From: Flectonema sp. DT1601 | Lineage: Eukaryota | Direction: 5' to 3' | DNA: 56,701 nucleotides | Assembly (NCBI GenBank): GCA_964019425.1 | Contig: OZ025789.1 | Location: forward strand, 1,488,001-1,544,701 | In this document: positions 24,215 through 33,471 of the stretch, piece by piece | Numbering within the stretch: the first letter of the stretch is position 1 | Layout: each line of letters starts with the position of its first letter | The notes under the pieces: model-generated | Seen by the model: the letters and a program-made list of their open reading frames with translations, nothing else | Database searches by the model: none | What the model was told of the DNA's origin: nothing | Translations under genes and position numbers: made by a program

Positions 24215-26080
24215 ATGGCTGGAAAGAAAGCAATGCGTCCGCAAGATAGAAGGGCTGCAGAAAGGAGAGAAAGAGAAAGGAAAGAGGCGAAGATGATGAG
24301 GGAACAAGCCAGAAATGAGATCCGGGAAGAAGAAGAGACCCAACAGCAAGAAGACGAGGACGTGGTGATGGGAGAATCACCAGAAGTATCAGAGGAAGAA
24401 ATGGAGATGGACTCTCCAGAAGTACCGGAAGGAATCGCAGTAGAGGTGACCGCAGTAGGACCTCCCGCAGCATTTCAAGCAAGCCCTCAAAACAAGGAGG
24501 CAACTCAAACAAAGACAAGCCCTCAAAACAAAGAGGCAATTCAAATAAGCCCTCAAAATATCGAGGCACATGGAAGTAAATTTTTAAAAGCAGATCAAAG
24601 CCCTCCGTCAAATGAGGCACCCCAATCAAGCCCTCAAATCAAAGAGGCACAAAGAAGATCGACGGTGATTATGAATGGACCACCACCGAAGCTAAACAAG
24701 GAGCATTTTAAATGCAAAATACTCCAGCCAACTGAGACCCTCAACAGCAAGACCAACGGCATTATACTTGCATTATCTCAACAAGCAAGAAGCCTGGACG
24801 AAGACTACTTCGAAAAGGCCAGTAAAACGAAGCAACTGACGATGGTGTTCACACGACCACCTCCAAAACGTGCCCTACAACACGCAACTGACTGCAGTCA
24901 GATACAGACACCTGTCCAATTCGATGGGCAATTAAAAATAAGAAGCTGGTGGTTCGTTGCTCTGTCTGGCACGATCCACCGGCCAACTCTAACGATCGCC
25001 AAGAAGATCAACGCACCGGTGACCCACGAATTAATTGCGTGGATAACAACTAAAGAGTTGACCAAGTCACAGGTCCAAAACCCGGCAGCTGTAACAGCAA
25101 TTGTCAAAGCTGTTGTGGCACAACACGGAAGAGTCGATCAACGCTCCTACAGATACGTTGGCAAAGACTTTGTAGAACTCACTGTTCTCCCAAACGATGT
25201 GGAAGCAGCTGTCGCACTTTTAAGAAACTCCGGAATAGGAAATGTTTATTTCCGGATTAAATCAGTGGCGGGACAGACACCCACTCAGTACACCACAGTG
25301 TGGCTGGACCGCAAGACAACAAACGAAGAGGCAGTTGGCATACTTAAAGCCCAACATGACCTCTGCCATGGACTCACCATCATACATGGCAAGATTGGAT
25401 TGAGGGTGGTTTATCAAAAGGATGTTGATAAAGTAAGAAAGGGTGCTGGTAAATATGCATCCACAGTGTTTGGCGAAGGGCTTCACCGTCTCAGTGGAGC
25501 ACCTTACAGCTGGGGTAACAGACTTCGGAATATCCTATTGGAGATAGGACTGAAGTCAAAGTTCATAAGGATGGATAGAGGTGACTTTATCATCGCACTG
25601 GACAAGAAACCAGAATCAAGGTTTGTACAGTGTGGAGATATTGTCATCCTCATTGAAAAGTTAGAAACAGAAGTGAAGGCGAAGGAAACAGCGAAACCCG
25701 TTGTAGTTAAGTACCGTGAGGCTAGAACATCGTACGCAGCCGCGGTCAAGAGGTCACTCCCGACAACGAAGAAACCAACGGCCGAAGTTCAGGTTGTAGA
25801 AAACAACGTGAACAGCCTGAGAGAGAAAACGAACGAGACAATCGAACGTCTTCAGAAAGAAGTGAAGGACATGCAAGTTCGACTTGATGAAGGCATGGCA
25901 CAGATAACCGGGATTGTAGAAACCCTGGTGCAAACTACGAAAAAGAACGAAGCAGCCAACAACAACATGGCGACAGCCATCACTTCGCTAATAGAAGCTG
26001 TCAAGAGGATTGAGAACAATCTTGGTATGAACAAGATTACTACAAGTGCGACCAACAGGAACAACACTGGCCAATCATGA
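24215..26080 (+). CDS. LINE-A ORF1 (621 aa; in frame with LINE-B ATG at 24167)
   Basis: SPQNKEA repeats; SGIGNVYF...VWLD...GKIGLRV domain shared with ORF1 of B; C-terminal coiled coil. Confidence 0.85.
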   Translation: MAGKKAMRPQDRRAAERRERERKEAKMMREQARNEIREEEETQQQEDEDVVMGESPEVSEEEMEMDSPEVPEGIAVEVTAVGPPAAFQASPQNKEATQTKTSPQNKEAIQISPQNIEAHGSKFLKADQSPPSNEAPQSSPQIKEAQRRSTVIMNGPPPKLNKEHFKCKILQPTETLNSKTNGIILALSQQARSLDEDYFEKASKTKQLTMVFTRPPPKRALQHATDCSQIQTPVQFDGQLKIRSWWFVALSGTIHRPTLTIAKKINAPVTHELIAWITTKELTKSQVQNPAAVTAIVKAVVAQHGRVDQRSYRYVGKDFVELTVLPNDVEAAVALLRNSGIGNVYFRIKSVAGQTPTQYTTVWLDRKTTNEEAVGILKAQHDLCHGLTIIHGKIGLRVVYQKDVDKVRKGAGKYASTVFGEGLHRLSGAPYSWGNRLRNILLEIGLKSKFIRMDRGDFIIALDKKPESRFVQCGDIVILIEKLETEVKAKETAKPVVVKYREARTSYAAAVKRSLPTTKKPTAEVQVVENNVNSLREKTNETIERLQKEVKDMQVRLDEGMAQITGIVETLVQTTKKNEAANNNMATAITSLIEAVKRIENNLGMNKITTSATNRNNTGQS

Positions 26081-29000
26081 TTGTGATTTGGTCAAATAAC
26101 ATTCGCTCAGTTCTGAAACCAGAAAATTACTTTCGATTGAACTGGGCACTGAAAGAAGAAAAGCCTGAAGTAGTACTACTGCAGGAAACGTGGTTATCAA
26201 AAGAAAAACACTTCGCTATTGAAGGATATTCAATCCACAGGAGAGACAGCACCATCAAGTCAGGTCATCGAGGACTCGTCACTCTGGTCAGAAATGATTT
26301 AAATAAGTTAATATTAAAACACCCCGACATCTCACATGACCAAACTGAGATATTAACAGTAGTACTTCAATCTAATCCGCCATTGACAATTCACAATGTT
26401 TACCACCCGCCTGAAATCAAGGCAACAACCTGGAAGTTCAAAACAGAGCCCGGCACATTGATTGCGGGTGACATTAATGGACACCATTCAACTTGGTCAA
26501 ATGGTAATACGAACACCACTGGTAACAGCTTCTACGATTGGTCACTAGAAGCAACAATTAAAATTCTAAATAAACCTCAACAACACACAAGACCACAAAG
26601 CTCAGCTTCTCCGGATGTAATTGCATTAGATATTTCAATAGATGCACAAATCGAACTCATGAAGGGATGGGGCAGCGATCACCTGCCACTCAAACTGACA
26701 ATCGAAGATATCAAAACAGATGAATATTCAAAAGAGAGTTCTGGGACATGGAAATGGAAGTGGCATTGTGCCGATTGGAATTATTATAAAATATTGTTGG
26801 AAAGGGCAGCGCCCAAATTAGAAAGAATTAAGAAGGTGCAGAAACTTGCTAATAGGATCAACAACGAGATTCTGAGAGCAGCGAGTAGGGCCATCCCAGG
26901 CTACAACAAAAAGTCAAGTAGTACCTTCGCTGTGAGGGATTCAGAATTGGAAGATTTAATGGCAGAGACTGACCCTGATAAGACAGACTCAGAAGCAATT
27001 GAAAGAGGTATCAACATGATCAAACAGAAGATCATTGAGTGCGACATGACTGGAATGGACTACCGATGGGCCTTTAGAAAAGTTAAACAACTGGAAGGTA
27101 GAATGATGGACCATTCAATTACTAAGATTGTCGACGGTGAGAAGGAATTAACCGACTCGCGGGAGATGGCAGATGTCTTCACCAAAACATACGCAGACCA
27201 ATTCAAATTCGAAGACGGTGAAACAACCTTACAAGGAATACCTGATGATAACTCGGTGGAATTTGGAATGCCTGAACTGGAACGACAAATTTCAAAAACA
27301 AAGGAGAAGAAGGCACCTGGACCTGACCACATCTGGAACTCGATGTTAAAACAACTTCCAAAAGCTTTCCTCGAGCAACTACTAAGACTATTCAACCTCT
27401 CATGGCAACGATCAGCAGTACCCAGGTGCTGGAAAAGTGGAATGGTAATACCCATACTGAAACCTGATAAAGACAAGAAACAAGTCCTATCGTACAGACC
27501 GATAGCACTAACCTCGACCGTCTCGAAACTCTTTGAAAGAATGGTCGTAGAACGGATGCACCACCTGTTGAAAGACAGAATGAATCCGAGGCAAGCAGCC
27601 TACAAACGAGGACGGGATTCCATTGAAAATCTCTGTATAGTTACAGACAAACTCAAAAGTGCCAAGGCAATGGGAGAAGAAGCGATATTAATCACCTTCG
27701 ACCTACAAAAAGCCTTTGATGCAGTTCAACCGGTAACTCTTCTAAATAAGATGTCCAAAATAGGACTACCAACGAAATATCTACGGTGGGTTCAAAACTA
27801 CTTGACTAGTAGGAAGATTTCAACAAGGGTGAATGGAGTGAAGGGAGCATTCCGGAACATTCGAGTAGGAGTACCACAAGGAAGCGTGCTGGGACCCCAG
27901 TTATTCTCTATCTTCATAAATGATTTGATAGATAAACTAGAGATGTACGAACCGACTGTCTTTGCAGATGATGTTGGAATAGTAATAACCGCGGGCACTG
28001 TCAGCTGTTTAGAAAACAAGGTTAACAACGCAGTCAAAATATTTGAAAGGTGGGCACTTGACTCACACATCAAAATCAATAAGAACCCTGGCAAGACGGA
28101 ATACATTCACGTGAGGCCAAGTGGAACACATGACAAGTCCCCAGTAGTAGTATACTCTGAAGAACACACATTTAAATATGTGGTGGCCACGGCAGAACAA
28201 ATGAGTAACCTTGTGAAGGATGATAACTCAACAACTGTAGCTTCAAAAGAAGAATTCGCCATCACTCACCTGTATGTCGTTCCAAAACATAAGATCAAAG
28301 TCAAGCTACCGAACAAACCGGCGGTACTGAAAACAATGAAGATGAGTGCCCGCTTCCCACAACTGAAGAAAGTCCACAACAAGGCAGAAATAGATAAGAT
28401 GCTGGAAAGAGTGGGACCCGGATTACACGGATTTGCCTATGCGGTTGGACGAAAAGTTCACAAGACGAATACCGTGCGGTATCTAGGCGTACATTATGAC
28501 GAGAAGTTAACCTTTAAGTCGCAAATTCAAAAGATGATGACAGCTGCTTCCAAGGGTCTAGGCTTGTTGGTTAGACTCACCAGGATAGGCTGCAGAAAGA
28601 GGACACTCATCAGTATACTGGTGACGGTGGTGTTAGCAAGGGTGCTTTATGGTGTTGAAAGCTTTGCTTGGATGCTACCAAAAGAGTGCTTCGAACAACT
28701 GGAATTACTGGTAAACAGGGCAGTGAGGCTGGTAACTGGATGTCTGCGGAGCACCAAACTACAGAGACTTTACAAAGAAGCCGATACGCCAAGACTAAAG
28801 GAACACATCCAGTATAAGATGTGTAGAACTTATGAACGTTTCAAATTGAGTCCGTTCCTACCGACTCGCAAGCTGACGAGAACAGGGAGTTCAGAATTAT
28901 TTCAAAAATCGAAATGGGGATGGAATGTCTGGATAGACTATGTCTCTGGTGTCCCTGGCCTTGACAACTACCGGAGCATTACCAACCTGGAAGTGAACCC

Positions 29001-29994
29001 AGAACACTACACTGTCCCTCCATGGAAAAGTACTAATGCGATGAAATTCACATATTCACGCAACAAGGAAGAGGCTGAACAGCGAGAAACTGAATTACCA
29101 GCTCACGAGATGAAAGTCTACACTGACGGGTCGATAAGACACAAACCCAACACGTACATGACAGACGCGGCTGCCGCTGTGGTCATGGTTAACGAAAGCA
29201 AGATGCGTCTACTTGGATATAAAATACCAGTAGCGGGTTCCTCTTATAGGACCGAGCAGATTGCAGTGAAACTGGCGTTGGAAAATTTAGTTCAGGTGGC
29301 GGAGGATGAACATGAATCTCTAACAACAACGACGCACCTGTTGACTGATTCGATGTCAGTCATGCAGGCATTGGAACAAGGGCCATATAAACAAAGGTCC
29401 CCAATGAACAAAAAGATCTGGAAGTTGGCAATGAAACTGGAGAAGAAGGGAATCCAAGTCAACATGCAGTATGTACCGGCACACAGAAACGTGCGGTACA
29501 ACGAAGTAGCGGACCAACTGGCGAAATTCGCTGCAGGCCTGAAGGAAGATCCACCTCACGAAGATGTTATTATTAAACAACTGCCCACTCAACTTGACAT
29601 GGGAACATTGATGACGTTTCACAAGCGGAGAAAACGGGAGAACTGGATCGGACCGGGAGAGGTAAGACACCCTCCGTACATCGAAGCTCTAACACGACCA
29701 GAGGAAGTACTGATGTCACGCTTTAGAGTGGGACATTGTAGATCTCTGATAATCAAAGGACTGAACGAGCTGTGCTTTTTCTGTAAACTTGGAAAGGCGA
29801 CAGCACATCATGTATTATTTATATGCGAACATTGGTGTATAGAAACCTTGAGAGAAAAATACATCAGTCACATGATGAATGACAAGGGAGAGGAAGCATG
29901 CCAACTGGAGGACTGCTACTTACCTGCGAATCAACAGCAGATGACTGGTTTTGTCACAACCTTAGACAGACTGGCACAACTATTAGGACGGTAG
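26077..29994 (+). CDS. LINE-A ORF2: AP endonuclease, reverse transcriptase, RNase H, Cys/His knuckle
   Basis: LLQET, GDINGH, SDHLP; YRPIAL, DLQKAFD, GVPQGSVLGP, FADD, YLGV; YTDGS, LTDS, YVPAH, NEVAD; CFFC...HVLFIC. Confidence 0.95.
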   Translation: MIVIWSNNIRSVLKPENYFRLNWALKEEKPEVVLLQETWLSKEKHFAIEGYSIHRRDSTIKSGHRGLVTLVRNDLNKLILKHPDISHDQTEILTVVLQSNPPLTIHNVYHPPEIKATTWKFKTEPGTLIAGDINGHHSTWSNGNTNTTGNSFYDWSLEATIKILNKPQQHTRPQSSASPDVIALDISIDAQIELMKGWGSDHLPLKLTIEDIKTDEYSKESSGTWKWKWHCADWNYYKILLERAAPKLERIKKVQKLANRINNEILRAASRAIPGYNKKSSSTFAVRDSELEDLMAETDPDKTDSEAIERGINMIKQKIIECDMTGMDYRWAFRKVKQLEGRMMDHSITKIVDGEKELTDSREMADVFTKTYADQFKFEDGETTLQGIPDDNSVEFGMPELERQISKTKEKKAPGPDHIWNSMLKQLPKAFLEQLLRLFNLSWQRSAVPRCWKSGMVIPILKPDKDKKQVLSYRPIALTSTVSKLFERMVVERMHHLLKDRMNPRQAAYKRGRDSIENLCIVTDKLKSAKAMGEEAILITFDLQKAFDAVQPVTLLNKMSKIGLPTKYLRWVQNYLTSRKISTRVNGVKGAFRNIRVGVPQGSVLGPQLFSIFINDLIDKLEMYEPTVFADDVGIVITAGTVSCLENKVNNAVKIFERWALDSHIKINKNPGKTEYIHVRPSGTHDKSPVVVYSEEHTFKYVVATAEQMSNLVKDDNSTTVASKEEFAITHLYVVPKHKIKVKLPNKPAVLKTMKMSARFPQLKKVHNKAEIDKMLERVGPGLHGFAYAVGRKVHKTNTVRYLGVHYDEKLTFKSQIQKMMTAASKGLGLLVRLTRIGCRKRTLISILVTVVLARVLYGVESFAWMLPKECFEQLELLVNRAVRLVTGCLRSTKLQRLYKEADTPRLKEHIQYKMCRTYERFKLSPFLPTRKLTRTGSSELFQKSKWGWNVWIDYVSGVPGLDNYRSITNLEVNPEHYTVPPWKSTNAMKFTYSRNKEEAEQRETELPAHEMKVYTDGSIRHKPNTYMTDAAAAVVMVNESKMRLLGYKIPVAGSSYRTEQIAVKLALENLVQVAEDEHESLTTTTHLLTDSMSVMQALEQGPYKQRSPMNKKIWKLAMKLEKKGIQVNMQYVPAHRNVRYNEVADQLAKFAAGLKEDPPHEDVIIKQLPTQLDMGTLMTFHKRRKRENWIGPGEVRHPPYIEALTRPEEVLMSRFRVGHCRSLIIKGLNELCFFCKLGKATAHHVLFICEHWCIETLREKYISHMMNDKGEEACQLEDCYLPANQQQMTGFVTTLDRLAQLLGR

Positions 29995-30246
29995 TATTAT
30001 TAAAACATCGACATTTCGAATATCAACATTGAAGGCATCATTGCAACACATCTGAAGTCGTCCAAGTGGGCAATTAATTATGTAGTATTAGTTTTAAGTT
30101 ATCAAAACAAAGAAAGGAGATACGAAGCCTACGGGATTCCCACCCCCAACCCCCAAAACAAAGAAAGTAAGAAAGAAAGAAAGAAAAAGAACAGCCGCGC
30201 CTAACAGCGCAAACAGCATCACAGACTCACGGGTCGTGGTGCACTC

Positions 30247-30277
<31 letters not shown>

Positions 30278-30281
30278 TGCG

Positions 30282-33200
30282 GCCGACAAAAAATTGTAGG
30301 GATGAAGCAAGAGGACGACCAGCTAACCGGACGCTCTCTAGCAAACAAAGGAACAAGCTTGCTCACACGATCAACGGAAATGGGCCTAAGATAGAAGAAA
30401 GGGAAAGGCTGGACCGAGACAACACCCGGGTAGACCGGGGAGAAACGAGGAAGAAACCGGCGGAGAGGAGACTCAAGAAGCAGCAAGAGGACCAGGAGGA
30501 AGAGAGGAAGGAGCTGCTCAGCAAACATGAGCTCCTTGAAGCACAACAAAAGAAGCTGGACGAGCAGCACAGGCAGCAACAATTAGATCTCTTTCAGGAA
30601 AAGCTCCAACTGGAACAAGACTTGGAGGATCACAAGAATCAACAAGTGGAGAAACAACAACTACTGGAACAACAACACCAGCAGCAGCAGCTTGAGCTTC
30701 ACCAAACGAAGCATCAGATGCAACAGGAACTGGAGAACCAACAACAACAACAGCATGAAAAGCAACAACAGCAGCAACAGCAACTTGATCATCAAGTCCA
30801 ACAGCAGCAGGAAATTCAACAGCAGCAGCAACAGCAACTTGATCATCAAGTCCAACAACAGCATCTAAACCATCAACAGAGCCAAGAACTATTTAACCAA
30901 CAACAGCAAGAATTGCTTAAGTTCAAGGCAGACCTCCAACAAAAACAGGAGATAATCCTGAACCAACAGCAGCAACTCGAACAGCAGCACAGCAAGGAGA
31001 AGGATATCGAGAGAGAGTCTCTCCGCAGGAGAAGATGTCAACTCGAGGAAGACCACCGTCAACAGCAACTTGAACAGTCCAGGATTCAACAGGAACTGCA
31101 ACTGCAACAGACAAGCCTGGAGGAAAAACAGCATCTGCTACAACAGCAATTTAATGTGGAATTGGAAAAGGGTAAACTGGAGTTACTGGACTTACAGCAA
31201 CAACTGGAGAAGAAAAACCAGGAAGGTCTGAAGGAGCAGGAGGTGGCTCTACAGCTTAAACAACGGCTGCTTATCGAACAGCACAACAAGGAGAAGGAGG
31301 ACGGGAAGCAGGAGTTATTGGTCCTGCAACAGCAACTAAGCGAGCAACGTCTGCATGATCAGCAGCAACAGCAACAGAGAAGCGAGGAGTTAAAGAAGCA
31401 AGAAGAAGACCTCGAACTTCAACGACTCCAACTGCAACGCCAGCAGGAGGATGAAATGGAGAAGGGCAGATATGAGCTCCAGAGTCTCAGGGACATGCTG
31501 GGTATGGAGTTTGAGGAACAGAAGACGTCACTAAAAATCCAAGGGGATAATCTTCGCCATCAGCAACAACAGCTCCAGCAACAACAGCAAATCTTCCAAG
31601 AAAAAGAAGAACGACTTGATCAGTACTACGTACACCAGCCTTATGCCACCGACACCAACTCCCACTACCAACTTCCTCAAGACCCCCGGTTTGATGAACT
31701 TCAGAGGGAGCTACGTCAGGAACGGGCTGAGAAAGGAGAACTTAGGGAGCTGCTGAAATCTCTTCAACACCAACTGAAGGAAATGACGCAAGAACTTAAC
31801 TTGCAGAGAATGGAAGCTCAGGAGCAAAGGGAGGCTGCCAAGAAAGAGTCACTAGGAATGCAAGCCCGCTACCTGCAGGAATTACAAGCGGAGAGAGCTC
31901 AGGTGAAGGAGCTCAATCACTTGAGGGCGGATGAAGATGATGTTGCGATGGCAGTCGTACAACGGGAAGTCGCATCGGATGAGAATCTCCATCTGAATAT
32001 GATGCGTGAACTGGAAGGGGACAGGAAAAAGAGCTCGAAGGTAATTACTGAAGCTCAACTGTCTGAGAGGGAGGGTCTTAGGACTCAGATGACGAAGGAG
32101 GAGGGTAAGCTTGCACTCGTTCAAGGCAAGTTCGAAAATGATGCCCTGAAGGAGGAGGCTTTGGTGACGAGACTGGAGCTGGTGCCGGAGTACTGGCCGG
32201 ATAACATGGTGTTATCAGAGGCTAGCTACAAGGCTGGTGGGAGAGGAGTGTACCTCACAACCACGAAGGAAGTAAGAAGGAGAATGGCTGGGGCTGAGCT
32301 GGGTGCCTGGGAATCGCTGACCTTGGTCACGTTGTTTCCCCCTACGGATAAAGCGAAGGAAGTGCAGGTCGTGTTGAAGGTGAAGACTGACGATGGGGTG
32401 AAGAGATCTCTGAGGAGGCTGTGGCTATCAGCCCTGGGTAGGGAGGTCCTCCCAAAAGGAACGGATATCAGTGCGACGGTAAGAACGAGGGAACTGGTTG
32501 CTCGGTTGGACAAGAGATGGGCCGAGGAGAAGAGATGGTTGGAGGTGAAGCGTTCTCCGATGAAACTATCCCAGGAACTGAAGAAGTTACCGGGGTACGT
32601 TGATACCTACAACGCTAGAGTAGGTGATCAACAAATAACGGTCATGCTGCGGGTAAAGGAAACGGAGGTGAAGAACTTCCTCAGGGAGTCAGGGAAGGAG
32701 GGCACCTTTACCAAAGAAAGAGATCACCTGGATGAGAAGGCAGTGAAGGCATCTGTTCTGTGGTTGCCGAAGGATGACACCCTCAGTTTGGCGAGAGACA
32801 AGGCGGAAGAAGTTGAGGGAGGTCTAGGGTTAGTGCTTAACGAGTATGGCCTTGGTATAAGGGTTAACAGTTGGCATGAGAAGGCTGCGAGGGAGATGTT
32901 GCACCTGCCGGCGAAACTTCCGGAGACCAGGATCTCGGGAATCCCAATAGGAACTTCGACGGATGAAGCGGTGAAATACCTCATCTCGAGGGAAGGATGG
33001 GAGGTGAGGAAGATGAAGGATGGTGTTCGGAACGGGATGCGGTGGATGGTCGTGCGTGGTCCCGAGAGGGATGGCGAGACTGTCACCATCGACGGAGTCC
33101 TTTGTCTACTCGAGCCGATGAAGAAGAAGGTGGTTGCTCCTGTGAAGTCGGTCAAAGTAGCCCCGAAGGTGAAGGAACAGAAGCCGGAAAAGCGAAGGGA

Positions 33201-33471
33201 TCCTTCGGAGGGCACGGACAAGTGGTATACGCGTGTGGAATTCATTGCGTACCACGGTAAGAAGAAGGGAATCCGTCTGTGGGGGAAGGCATCGCAGAAC
33301 GCACAGGAAGCTTCGGTGAAGCTGGAATCGGTATCGACCCCTGAACAGCAGAAACAGAACAAGAAGGAAAAGAATACACCTCCAAAGAATGATGAACGGA
33401 AGAAGTGTTCAGTCGAGGATAGACTGGAACGTCTTGAGCGTCTGCTCTTGTCGCTTGTAGGGAGCAAGTGA
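30282..33471 (+). CDS. LINE-B ORF1, 3' portion (poly-Q coiled coil plus conserved domain); true start at 24167, reconstructed length 1073 aa
   Basis: Frame is open from the TSD (cgg ccg aca aaa aat tgt agg gat...) to TGA at 33469-33471. Confidence 0.85.

Larger units (their letters stand above)
24199..30274 (+). mobile_element. Full-length LINE family A nested in ORF1 of LINE-B
   Basis: 7-bp TSD GGCTGCG at 24192-24198 and 30275-30281; poly(A) at 30247-30274; two intact ORFs. Confidence 0.9.
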
